The notes under the pieces: generated by a model
Databases searched by the model: none
The model's input: the letters and a program-made list of their open reading frames with translations, nothing else
What the model was told of the DNA's origin: nothing
Part shown: positions 1 to 10,759 of the stretch, piece by piece
Layout of the letters: each line of letters begins with the position of its first letter
Position numbering within the stretch: the first letter of the stretch is position 1
Origin: Chrysomallon squamiferum
Taxonomy: Eukaryota > Animalia > Mollusca
NCBI GenBank assembly: GCA_012295275.1
Contig: CM022671.1
Location: 3,348,001-3,412,000 of the forward strand
Direction of reading: 5' to 3'
Length of the DNA: 64,000 bases
Made by a program: the position numbers and the translations under genes

Positions 1-1
1 G

Positions 2-3000
2 TTTATCAATGACCCACTTTTGATCAATTTTTTTTTGTCCAGTGTTACGCAACTGAGGCCCTGACGGTAAGTGTTCCCCCATCACCAGTGTGTGTCTAGT
101 CCTTTCCTCTATGGATTTGACATTACGTGAATTCCTCGAGTGGTCTCCTTGAGACTCCTCCGAAGGAGCCACTCTGAAGAACTGAACATTGGAAACAGAG
201 GATTTGGGATTAACAGGACTAGTTAGTCGATGACTGTTTCTTCTCACAACTGCTGGCAAGGGTCCAGTGCCTGAAAATGTCTGCTGCCTTTTTGATGAGT
301 TGTATTTGGCTGGACTGTTTCTTTGTTCAGAAACTCTGTTATCTTCATTTGGTGGTACTGAGGTTCCAATGTGCTTTTTTTCAGGACCATCTTCACTTTT
401 ACTTAGCCTTCGTTTTCTACTTGCATCTGAAGACATGGCTTGCGTTTTCAAGTATTCACCTAGATCTAAAGTTCTCTGATCAGTGGATCTTGTCTTATAG
501 GACTGATCACCAGAAAATGATTTCCTCAGTAAATGTTTTGCAGGTTTTAACTTTCTGTCAGTATCAGCAGATTTGATGTCAGATTTGCCAGTATTTCGAT
601 ATGTTGAACTAGACAAATTGTGGCCAATTCTATATAGATTCAATGATTCACTGCCGCATGATCGGGTAACTTTTCGGATGACCAGTGATTTCAGATCATT
701 AGCATCCTGTTTGAACTTTGTTTTCATATGAGGAGGAGATGTCCCCACAGACACTGCCCTTGTCTTAACACTATTCCATGATTCATCTCTCAGCTTTTCT
801 GATACATAGGTATGAGATGCTTTTGAGATAGGTTTTTCATCCTCATCAACATCCCAGGTAAAAGGTGCTACCTTTGCCTTTTCACGAAGAGACTTTAATG
901 ATCGCTGGAGTCTTTGTGTTTTTGTTTCATCCTCTTCCTCCTCAGTGTCAGATTGGGCTTGTTTTGCTTGATCAGAACCAGATTTTGACTGTCCTTGTTC
1001 TTTTTCAGATGGAACCTCAGGTGATTCTGGATCAGCCTTACCAACATTTAAGCCTGATGCTTTTATCCCTCTAATTAAATCCACTTCTGACTTGAGACCA
1101 TGCTGCTGTTTTTGCACATTTGCACACATCATTTTTAAAGATTCTGGCTGTCTCACAATTGTCTGCATCAAATTACTATCGCTTGCTTTTTCTGGTAAGA
1201 TGTTTCCAGACTGTTTTGCTGCATTATTTTCATATTCTTTGTTAACATCTTCTAATTCTGAAGTTTTCTGAGTGCTCTGATTTTCTACAGGACATTTTAA
1301 ACTGTCATTCATACTTTGAGCTTCATCTTTCTGTTCAGCTGAAATGAAATTGTTTTCACAATTTTTTGCTATTTTTTTACTTTCTTTAACAAAACCTGAA
1401 TCTTTTACATCATTCATCCCAGGACCATGTTTAATATGCATTTCTTCAAGTGGTTTCTGAACTGCAGAAATGTTGTCGCCAAGGCTGCTATGCAGATCTC
1501 TGTTCTGAGTTTCACGTAAAGTCTTTTTGTGATCTTCTTCATCCCAGGTAAAGGATTTAGACCTGCCAACTGACCTCAGGGATTTAACACCTTTCATCTC
1601 CTTCTTTGGAGGAGTCTGCTCTTGGGATGAAGCACCTTGAAGCTCTGCTTCAGCTGATGATGTGTTGTGTACATCTGACCTGTATGAATCTTGGAATGAT
1701 GGAGGTTTTGTTGCACTAGAATTTTCTACTTCATGATCCACACACTTGTCTTCTTTAGTTTCATCCGTTAGCTTAGTTTCTGCCTTCACAGCTTCTACCT
1801 CAGTCTTACTTTTACAGCAAGATTCAAGTTTGATTTCTTGAACTTCCTTCTGGGAAATATTTCTTTCATGTTCATTAGTTACCTGAGCAGTGACTTTCTT
1901 CAGTTTTCCCTTTCCAATAAAATGTTTAGAAGAAAGAAATTTCCATTTCTTTAAAACTCTGTCATATGCTTGCCAACTATTCTCTTTTTTGTTGAAACTT
2001 ATGGTTGCTTCATCATATCTTTTAACAAACTGGTTTCTAAGTTTTTTGGTGCAGACTGGTGAAGATGCATCACTTGGGCTTTCCAGCGCTTCTTCAGTGT
2101 TATTGTCTGTGAGTTTTCTATCATCATTTTCAGCTATCTTCATCTTTGATTCTTTTCTGTGAGAATTTGTATTTGGTTGTGAGCTTTCATTACTTGGCTT
2201 TATCTCACAGTTCTTCTTATTACTGTGACAGTTCATATTTTGTCTTGATTTAATGTACAGATGACTTGTATTTCGTAATGAATATGACTTTCTGGATCTG
2301 TCTTCTGCCTGCTTCTGTGTTTTCTTAACATACTTCCTTTTACCATTCTTTTGTTTGCAAGATAACTGGTTTTCTGGACTGCTATTTGATGTAAATGCTG
2401 CCTTCTTTATATGTGCCTTTGCTGTTTTAAGTAGATTTTTTCTCATTCGATTTGTTCTTAGTTGTTGATCTGACTGTCTTTTCTTTCCAGGACTTGATGA
2501 TACCACAAGTGATTTCACTTCTTTCACTAAGATTCCTGATTTTTGTCTATTTTCTTTAGATGAGACATTTTCTTGCATTTTAAATTTATCAGGACTTAAT
2601 TTCTTTGTTGGGCACTGAAGTTTAGATGCTGGACTCTGGGATTGCTTTCTAGATCGGGTCAGTTTTATTCCAGAAATGTTTTGCTTGTCTTCAGTTAACA
2701 GACTCTGCAGTGTTTTTGATCTTGTTGTTCTAACTGGTATTGGAACATCACTCTCAGCAGACTCTTGAGCTGTATCTTTGTTATCAAGAGATTGTTCAGT
2801 TGTTGTATTATGATCTAGTGACAAAGGTTTGGGAGTAGAAATTGCTTCATTTGAATCGTTTTCCCTTTTTAACTTTTTAGGGAAACATTTCTTTATTTTT
2901 TTTGGACGACCTCTTTTTCTGGGTACTGTTACTTCAGGTATCTTGTCTTGAACAACAGGTGCACTGTCTGTGGAATGCTTTTGTGGTTCATTTGTTAAAG

Positions 3001-3070
3001 CTGAAACTGATTCTTCTTGTTTGTTTTCATCTGTTATCAAAACATCTGCAGATTCCACCTTTATCTTCTG
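2..3070 (-). CDS. C-terminal continuation of the zinc-finger gene in the +1 frame (~1,020 codons, runs off the window): K/S/E-rich, AT-hook PRKRGRPKK
   Basis: Frame opens after the TGA at 3071-3073 and reads KVESADVLITDENKQEES...PRKRGRPKK...KWVIDK with no stop that I could find down to position 2. Composition matches the upstream exon. It is missing from the ORF track, as expected if no stop lies inside the window. Confidence 0.8.
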
Positions 3071-6000
3071 TCAACAATTCAGCTTTCTTCTCACCTGAAA
3101 GTAACCGAAATCTCATTTTTTCTAGAATGACTGTGGTATGTTCTGGAAGATGATTCATGTAAAACATGTATGATGAAAAGTTAAGGTTGCAGAAGGGACA
3201 AACAATAGAAGATATGGAGGAGGATGTCCACTTTTGGGGATGAAGATGCCTAGACACCATGTGTTGTATCATAGTTCGAACATGCCCAAAAACAGCACCA
3301 CATGCATCACAGGTTACTTCACTTCCAAAATTAACATCATCAGATTGGTTTGATTTTAATCCATTATCATTGTTAATGTTCTTGGCATCTCTTTCCAGAA
3401 CCGGTCGTTTCTCACCTGTCTCTATTTTATCAATTGCACTCTCAACACTGACATCATTCTCACATGCACTGTCCTTGATATGTTCATCCAAATTTTCTTT
3501 ATTTTCAGCCAATTCTTGTTCATCATTAGCCACATCTTTAATATTATCTTCTGTCTGATGTAAAGATGAATCATCATCAAGATTTTTCTTTATGTCATCT
3601 ACAGAATCCTTTTCACATGTTGGCAAAACACTGTAAATGTCAGCAAAAGCATCATCTTCAGTTTTGATTTCTGCACTATCCTGCTTCACAGACACTTCCA
3701 TCTCATCTGTTGTTTCCGCATTCACCACATCCTCTGTTTCATGAACCTCTGCGTTTGTGTCATCAGAAGTATCTATTTTGGAATCAGGTTGTCCAGCAAC
3801 AAAATAAGATTCAGATGATTCAAAAACAGAATTGTCATGCTCTTGTTCTTTATTAGTATCTACTAAAGAGTCACTTCTTTCATCATCTGCAGCTGAACTT
3901 GGATGTATGTGTCCCAAAGCTTCATCTTCTGGCAGAACAATGTCTGCAGTGTCATTTCTTTCTGGCAGCTGTACATCATCAGAACCTTTTGACATAGTTG
4001 TTTCTGTAAAGTTTTCATTACTTTCTGGTAAACTGATATGTGGAAGTCGAATGTCATGTTCTAGAAACTGACTGTGCGGAATAAGATGATTCTGTGAAGA
4101 ACTAACATTCACACTCTGCTCTGTATCATTACTTTCGGTATTCATACTGAGACTCATCTTATGTTGCTGATTGCTGGTGAATGCTTCAAGATTACTCATT
4201 GACGGCAATGTTAACTCTGACTTTGTACTGACAAGATTATTATCATTAATTGAACCTAATCCTAGATTTTTTCCACGATTCACTGTTGATAATACTTCAT
4301 TAAAACTTGGTATGCTGTAATTTTCACTTATCTGAGAAGATTGTTCATTAGACTGATGAATCCTTTCAAAATCTCTGTCATAATTATCAGCTGGAGCTGT
4401 CAAGGGCTGTTCCATAACCTTTTCTTGTTCACTGTTGTCTATCACTGGTGATTGAGACTGAGATTCATTATCAAGTGAAATCACGGGGCTTGTCGTCTTT
4501 CTGCCAACAGCATTAGAAAATGTTTCTTTTAACAGAGCTGCAAAGTCAATGTGGGGAGAAACATCCTGTTTAGTAATTGCGTTCTGAGTAACAGCCTGTC
4601 CACTTTCTGATTTGTCTTTGTTTACAATATTTTGAACAGAAGGAAGTTTATCATTCTTCTCAGACTCTTGAGCAGGTAACACTGTCGCCTGGTTTTTCTC
4701 GGTATCTGCTGACTGACTAGTTTCACCAGTTTTGGATTTCATTTTATCCTCTTTAATATTAAGTTCTTTATTTGTCCTTGTTTTCTGGATCTTCTTGTCA
4801 CCAAAACTTCCTGGCTTAGTCTTTCGTTGTTTTTGATTTTGACTAAGGCATTTTTCCCAATGTTCACTAACCATGAAATCAAGATTACAGAATGTTTGTC
4901 CACACAGATCACATTTATAATATTTTCTACCTAAATGTTCTAAAACATGGTATTTTGGTTCAGGTTTTTTCTTTGGCTTCTTTTTCTTCACAGGATTAGA
5001 TTGATGAGAGTCTATAGGTGTTTCTGTTTTCTTTGAAATGTTTTCTTTAGTGCTAACTTCAGCAGAAACTGACTGTGTAGCTTCCTTTTTCTTCTTTGAT
5101 GGATTTTTATCTTTTGGATGACTTTTTGTCCCTGACTTCAAACTTGCTATGCTTTCAAGACTGGAATCTGCTTTTGGTGATTTTCTTTTCTTCTTGTTCT
5201 TCAACTTCTTTTGTTTTTCATTGTACTCTTTTATTTTTGGCACAACAGATTTATCGATATCAAGAGCTTCTACAAGTTGTGAATCAGGTGAGTCTGTGGC
5301 TGGAGTGGAATTTGATCTGGCCAAATCCAGGGCCTTTATTCGGAATGATGGTGCTGCTACACCCAGAGCTGCTCTAACCCATTCAACTGTTCGCCATACC
5401 AAAAGCAAATCTGCTATCCTTTCGGGAGTCATTGGCTTTGGTGGTGGCTTTGGTCTTGTTCCTAGCAGACCAGTATGTGGCACCCTTCTTGGTTTTACAG
5501 GTTTCTGGCTAACAACAGTTTTCATTCCAGAAACACTGACTCCTGATGGACGTAACTGAGGAGAAATTACAGGTGAAACAACAGGTGTAGCAAGCGGAGA
5601 TGACAGAACGGCCGTTACTGGTGAAATCACTGCTTGTGAGCTGTAAGGAGATGAAGATGATGCTGACAGGGACATCTGTCCTAGAGTTAAAGATGTGTCC
5701 TGTAAACTACCAACTGATGAAGCCACAGATATAACTGGACTGGTTTGTTCTGTTTTTTGAGAAAACTCTGCTGTAGTGATAGTATCTGTAGTTGAAACTT
5801 TTGGCTTCTTATTTCTGGGCCTGCTTTTTGATTTCAAACAATCAAACCTATGATGTAGGACTTCTTCATCTGTTTTACACAAAACTTTGCAGACTGGACA
5901 TTCATAAACTCGGCTGGCTTCCAAGGATTTCTTTGTAACTTGTGGCACTTTATCTGAAGTTGATTTACTTGAATATGGAGATGGTCTCTTCAGTGTTTCT

Positions 6001-9000
6001 TCACAAGCATTGATGCGCTTCATTTTCTCAGCTGAAGTCTCTATCCCTGGAGAACAAGGATTTCTGACATGATCACGAAGATCATCCATTTTTTCAAATA
6101 CTTGTGAACATATCATACATTTAAACTTTGTTGTGAAAAGACGTTTTGATACTATTCGTTTCTTCTGAACATCAGATTTTGAATCTTCTGCTGCAGCATC
6201 AGATTTTGAAGGTGATGTATGCAGACCCATGTTGGATACCTCACTGGATGCCTCATAAGCCTGGCTTGCTGCCATTTCTGCAGGTGTCATGGTTTCTATA
6301 AGGTAAGGTTCATCCACTGTTGTGAAATCAGCATTCTGCAGATTTTGTGAGGCAGTTTCATTCTGTGAATAAAAATTATCAGAGTAATTTTCTGATTCTT
6401 TCACATTCTTCGATGACAAAACCTGAAGAGCATTACTCAGACTGTTTTGCGTTACACTGCTGGAATTTGGCAGGGTAGACTCTGAATACTGCTGTGTAAA
6501 ACTCATTGGAACCTGAGAACCATCATTAGAATTATTTATACCCAAACAGTCAGCAAATCCAGTCGTTTCTGCCTTCTGTGATAAAGACTGAATGTATGTT
6601 TCAGAACTGAATGCTGTGGTTAAACTGGGAAGAGTGATTTGTATGTGTGAAGGTTCTGTGCTCTGTGTGACATGTTGAAAATGTAACTGACTTGGTAAAG
6701 TGTCTGTCTGTTTGGGTAAAACAGAGCTCAGTAAAAACCTCTCCAGCTGATTTGATACTTCACTTGATTTACTGGAACTCTGAAATGATGTTAAGTCTGG
6801 AGACTTGCTGCTCATAGGAAGGTCTTTCAGACTAGAGTGAGACTTAGATTTTGAACTACTTTGATTACTTTTAGATGACTGGGAAGATGACATATTATAC
6901 TTTTTGGAAGAACTACTACAAAGACGCGATGCTAACATAAAAGGAACATGAGCTTTAGACACAGCTGATGATGAAGTTTGAGCCACATCACCAGAACATG
7001 ACTGTTTAACATTACTAATATTAGATTTTGACACCTCATTAACATTTTTAGACACTGACAAAGTTTTATTTTGTTTAATGTTAGATTCTCTGGTTACTGA
7101 CAGCTGACCAACATTAGCTATCTGAATGCCAGCCTGCAATATTCCTGACTGTGTTAACAGAGTTTGGTTTGGAACTTGCTGTACAAATGTCAGCTGGCCA
7201 ACTGTGGCTGGCTGAAACAAAGTGGTAGTATTCTGCTGGCCTGCAGCAGCTGGAATAAATATAGTTTGACCTTGATGTACTAAACTGTTCTGGTCAGTGG
7301 ATGGCACTATTCTAATAGGCTGCTGCACATTTCCAACAATGTGCTGAATCTGCTGGCTTTGCTGAATCAGTGTTGTTTGATTATGTGGTAGTTGCTGAAA
7401 CACAGCTGCTGTTGCTGTTGTCACAGGATTAGTTTTCTGCTGGATATTTGTCAAACCTGGTACTGAAACTATTGAGTGACTGTGTTCATTAGCACTTGTA
7501 ACTGTTCGTTCTAGTACTGAGGCACTGGGTGGAGGGGCAAATTGAGCTGGAATACCATGCAAATGCATTGAAAGTGTTTGGTCCTGGGGCTTTTGAGATG
7601 AAGTGCTTAATTTCTGTTGGCTCCCTGAATTTGCTTCCGTAGAAGAACTTGTTGTCACTTTGATCTGCTCTTTAACGCCAGATGATTTCACTGTGTAACT
7701 ATGAGCATTTCGTTTTCTGTTTTTCTGAAATTCAGTAAATACTTTTTTCAGTGATTTAGTTCCACTGCTTTTGCTTCCAGATGGAGCTGTTGTGCTTGAA
7801 GAAGCTTGAAGCTGCTGTGGAAAAGCTTGTGCTTGAAGATTTAACAGAGCTATAACATTTGCTATGTCAGTAGTTCCCTGCTGAGTTTGCTGATTCAGCT
7901 CTGTACTAGAAACAGGCTGACCAAATGTAGTTACGTTTGGCAGTGACTGATGCATTGATGATGCTGCTGTTGTGTATACAACTGTTGGTGTCTGTGAAGT
8001 CACAACTGTTGGGGTCTGTAAGATACTGGTCACAGGAGGTGTTGTCAACACTAGTGAAGAAGGTGACTGAATCACCTGAACAGTTCCTCCTGTCAGGACA
8101 TTCTGCACTAATCCTTGAGTTAATGTAAAATTTTCATCTTGTTTCACAGTCTTCTGAGCAGTATTCACTAGGTTCATATCCATAGATGTAGATTTCTGAC
8201 TAGATCCAGAGAAATCTGTTTGACCAAGTAACTGAGTATCTCCTGCTTTTGTAGCAGCCAAACTCTGTAGATGAAGTAAATTTTTGAGACTGTTCTGTGC
8301 AAAACTAGACACACACTGTTGATTTTGTTCACACTTCTGGGCCACAGTCTTTTCACTGTGTTTAGTAGTGGATGATACATTGGGATAAGATTTCGGGGTA
8401 ACAACTGGCTTACCTGGAAGTTTGGCTAAGTGCAAAGACTGCACACTTGTATCTTTGGACTTGATTTGGGATCCTACAGCTGTCATTCGATTTGCCCCCT
8501 TTAACTGGCTGGAATCATTCTGAAGATTGGTGGTCACCACAGCTTGAACAGGATGTTGGCCAGCCCCAATTCCCTGCTGAATTACCCCTGCCACCCCCGG
8601 CCTCAGCACTCTTGACTGAATTACTCTTGGTTGTATTGGAATGTTTGATCTTGACATTAATACATTTTGGGGCGATACATTTGCGTTCACTACTCCAGGC
8701 TGAGTTACAATGGTTAAGTAAGACAGAGACTGACTAACAGGTTGTTTTAGAGACTGTCCTGTCATTTCAACAACAGGCTGCTGGTTTACAAGTGCTGCCA
8801 CATCTACTGTACTGTTGGCTAGATTCTGACTAGACATGGAGGTGCTTGGAACATTTGAGACATTTGATAACATTTGACTTTGCATGACATTCAATGAATG
8901 AGCATAATTAGTAACATTAATATTCTGATGAGATATATTATGCAAAGATGTCTGCATTGTTCTAGCAGCATTTGGTGAAGAATAAACAAGATTAGAGTTA

Positions 9001-10238
9001 TTATGGGTTATTTGTTTCACTTGATCTACAGCAGATTCATGAACAATATTTGCTGATGGAACTATGCTAGTACTGTCCATTGTAATGTCCTGTAATGTCT
9101 CTGGCAGTTCTGTTCCACCTCCAGGCAATGCTTGCTGTAATAGTTCTACCAAGGCATCAGCATCTGGAAAATCTGCCATAGAAATGTCTTCATTTGTAAA
9201 GAGAAGATTTCGAATCATCATGTGTTTCTCTTCAGATAACACAACCGATGGCTCAATCCCAACTAAACTGTTTGTATCTTGCTGAACTGATGCCATGTTC
9301 TGCTGGGTTGTCACAGTGTTTGGAGAACCATACACATCTCTTGTCACTGTCTGCTGGACAGCTTGCTGTGTAGCTGTGGGCCGATTTGCATGCTGTTGAA
9401 AATTCTGTTGTGAGATCTTGGTACCTTGTTGAGTGAAATGCTGAGTTGCTGTGGGTAACGTCTTGGATACTTGATGCTGTACCAGCTTTGATGATGCCGA
9501 CAGAGCTATATTTTGTGGAACTCGCACAGCTGCCTTTTCAGTTTTAATTAGAAGACCCTGATTTGGCTGTTTATTTTGTTGAATGTGAGGGGTGTTAGCA
9601 GCTTGTATTAACGCTGAAGCCGGTGGGGCGGTTGAAGGGTGACTAACTGAACTGCTGGGGACTGGTTCTGTTACATCAGATGTTTCACAATTCTCCATTG
9701 CAAATTTCTGAGCAAGTCTTTCTCTTTCATGTAAAAATCTCTGACAAAGTGGTTTTAGTTCAGTCCATTGCACATCTGGATTCAAGTAAAATGGCCTCAA
9801 CATATTCAATAAACGTTCTACTTCAAGCAATGTTGCTACATCAACATTGGCATCACTCTGAATTCCCTCAGACTTTTTATATTGACAAGCACCTTCTCCT
9901 CGGAAACAGTTTGTACAACATTTTTCAGCTTCATGGGTTTGCTTGCCTCGATCTATCACATACGGTGTGGTCATATTGAAGTAAAACTTTTCAACAAATG
10001 ACAATGTTTCTGTTGATGGGTTTAGAGCAAAAGATGTGACAGCACTGTATCTGGCAATTTTAGTGTCATTTTTTAGGTAGATAGTTGCTAACTTCTCACA
10101 GGTGCAAGCCATAGCCTGCTGTCGACTTCTCAGTCCTTCCATATCTCCATCCTGCATGTGTTTCTCCAAACAACTCTTGTCAAAGTTGATAGCAAAAATA
10201 CACAGATCTGTGTACAGCTGTAGAAACATGTCTCCACA
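3027..10238 (-). CDS. ZNF292/RLF-like giant exon 7, frame 0: end of N-terminal domain, Q/S/T-rich region, 3 CCHC-type and 2 C2H2 zinc fingers
   Basis: Acceptor tgtttcag|TGT at 10238; uninterrupted 2,403-codon frame ending in TGA at 3027-3029. Confidence 0.9.
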   Translation of the reverse strand, partial: CGDMFLQLYTDLCIFAINFDKSCLEKHMQDGDMEGLRSRQQAMACTCEKLATIYLKNDTKIARYSAVTSFALNPSTETLSFVEKFYFNMTTPYVIDRGKQTHEAEKCCTNCFRGEGACQYKKSEGIQSDANVDVATLLEVERLLNMLRPFYLNPDVQWTELKPLCQRFLHERERLAQKFAMENCETSDVTEPVPSSSVSHPSTAPPASALIQAANTPHIQQNKQPNQGLLIKTEKAAVRVPQNIALSASSKLVQHQVSKTLPTATQHFTQQGTKISQQNFQQHANRPTATQQAVQQTVTRDVYGSPNTVTTQQNMASVQQDTNSLVGIEPSVVLSEEKHMMIRNLLFTNEDISMADFPDADALVELLQQALPGGGTELPETLQDITMDSTSIVPSANIVHESAVDQVKQITHNNSNLVYSSPNAARTMQTSLHNISHQNINVTNYAHSLNVMQSQMLSNVSNVPSTSMSSQNLANSTVDVAALVNQQPVVEMTGQSLKQPVSQSLSYLTIVTQPGVVNANVSPQNVLMSRSNIPIQPRVIQSRVLRPGVAGVIQQGIGAGQHPVQAVVTTNLQNDSSQLKGANRMTAVGSQIKSKDTSVQSLHLAKLPGKPVVTPKSYPNVSSTTKHSEKTVAQKCEQNQQCVSSFAQNSLKNLLHLQSLAATKAGDTQLLGQTDFSGSSQKSTSMDMNLVNTAQKTVKQDENFTLTQGLVQNVLTGGTVQVIQSPSSLVLTTPPVTSILQTPTVVTSQTPTVVYTTAASSMHQSLPNVTTFGQPVSSTELNQQTQQGTTDIANVIALLNLQAQAFPQQLQASSSTTAPSGSKSSGTKSLKKVFTEFQKNRKRNAHSYTVKSSGVKEQIKVTTSSSTEANSGSQQKLSTSSQKPQDQTLSMHLHGIPAQFAPPPSASVLERTVTSANEHSHSIVSVPGLTNIQQKTNPVTTATAAVFQQLPHNQTTLIQQSQQIQHIVGNVQQPIRIVPSTDQNSLVHQGQTIFIPAAAGQQNTTTLFQPATVGQLTFVQQVPNQTLLTQSGILQAGIQIANVGQLSVTRESNIKQNKTLSVSKNVNEVSKSNISNVKQSCSGDVAQTSSSAVSKAHVPFMLASRLCSSSSKKYNMSSSQSSKSNQSSSKSKSHSSLKDLPMSSKSPDLTSFQSSSKSSEVSNQLERFLLSSVLPKQTDTLPSQLHFQHVTQSTEPSHIQITLPSLTTAFSSETYIQSLSQKAETTGFADCLGINNSNDGSQVPMSFTQQYSESTLPNSSSVTQNSLSNALQVLSSKNVKESENYSDNFYSQNETASQNLQNADFTTVDEPYLIETMTPAEMAASQAYEASSEVSNMGLHTSPSKSDAAAEDSKSDVQKKRIVSKRLFTTKFKCMICSQVFEKMDDLRDHVRNPCSPGIETSAEKMKRINACEETLKRPSPYSSKSTSDKVPQVTKKSLEASRVYECPVCKVLCKTDEEVLHHRFDCLKSKSRPRNKKPKVSTTDTITTAEFSQKTEQTSPVISVASSVGSLQDTSLTLGQMSLSASSSSPYSSQAVISPVTAVLSSPLATPVVSPVISPQLRPSGVSVSGMKTVVSQKPVKPRRVPHTGLLGTRPKPPPKPMTPERIADLLLVWRTVEWVRAALGVAAPSFRIKALDLARSNSTPATDSPDSQLVEALDIDKSVVPKIKEYNEKQKKLKNKKKRKSPKADSSLESIASLKSGTKSHPKDKNPSKKKKEATQSVSAEVSTKENISKKTETPIDSHQSNPVKKKKPKKKPEPKYHVLEHLGRKYYKCDLCGQTFCNLDFMVSEHWEKCLSQNQKQRKTKPGSFGDKKIQKTRTNKELNIKEDKMKSKTGETSQSADTEKNQATVLPAQESEKNDKLPSVQNIVNKDKSESGQAVTQNAITKQDVSPHIDFAALLKETFSNAVGRKTTSPVISLDNESQSQSPVIDNSEQEKVMEQPLTAPADNYDRDFERIHQSNEQSSQISENYSIPSFNEVLSTVNRGKNLGLGSINDNNLVSTKSELTLPSMSNLEAFTSNQQHKMSLSMNTESNDTEQSVNVSSSQNHLIPHSQFLEHDIRLPHISLPESNENFTETTMSKGSDDVQLPERNDTADIVLPEDEALGHIHPSSAADDERSDSLVDTNKEQEHDNSVFESSESYFVAGQPDSKIDTSDDTNAEVHETEDVVNAETTDEMEVSVKQDSAEIKTEDDAFADIYSVLPTCEKDSVDDIKKNLDDDSSLHQTEDNIKDVANDEQELAENKENLDEHIKDSACENDVSVESAIDKIETGEKRPVLERDAKNINNDNGLKSNQSDDVNFGSEVTCDACGAVFGHVRTMIQHMVSRHLHPQKWTSSSISSIVCPFCNLNFSSYMFYMNHLPEHTTVILEKMRFRLLSGEKKAELLTEDKGGICRCFDNR

Positions 10239-10702
10239 CTGAAACATAACAAAAACAACAACAGAAATAATATAAATATAATGACAATACAAAGTTATAA
10301 CAAGAACAGCAACAATACTAAGAACAAAATTAAATAATAATAATAATAATAATAATAAATATATCAACTGCAGTGTTATTATTATAACAATACGAATATT
10401 AAAATCAATAATTAGAAAAAATCCAGATAAATGTGATTGTAGGAAAACCTTTGAAAATGACATAATTAATTTGTTTTGTTATATAGAACCAATACATTTT
10501 TCAAACATAATAATTATGCCCTAAATTGTGATGTTGTTGTTGTTAAATATAATCTTTATGAAGTTCAATATACAAACTAGTTTCATATTTCTGTTAGAAG
10601 AATAGATTTTGTTATTTAATAATACTAAAAATAAAGAAAATGATGACATCAAAAATAAAACTGTTTCTATTATGGCTCGAGGCAAATTTATAGAGTGAAG
10701 TG

Positions 10703-10759
<57 letters not shown>

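Noticed and set aside
3027-3029. Stop-codon readthrough or selenocysteine at the TGA
   Set aside because: The coding-like continuation lies in a different frame, so in-frame readthrough does not explain it.
267-9979. Multiple plus-strand ORFs of 60-136 aa
   Set aside because: Antisense shadows of the long minus-strand coding region, with no independent motifs.
10239-10463. Hydrophobic N-terminus of the 2478-aa ORF suggesting a membrane protein
   Set aside because: It is AT-rich intron sequence that happens to be open; the true acceptor is at 10238/10239.
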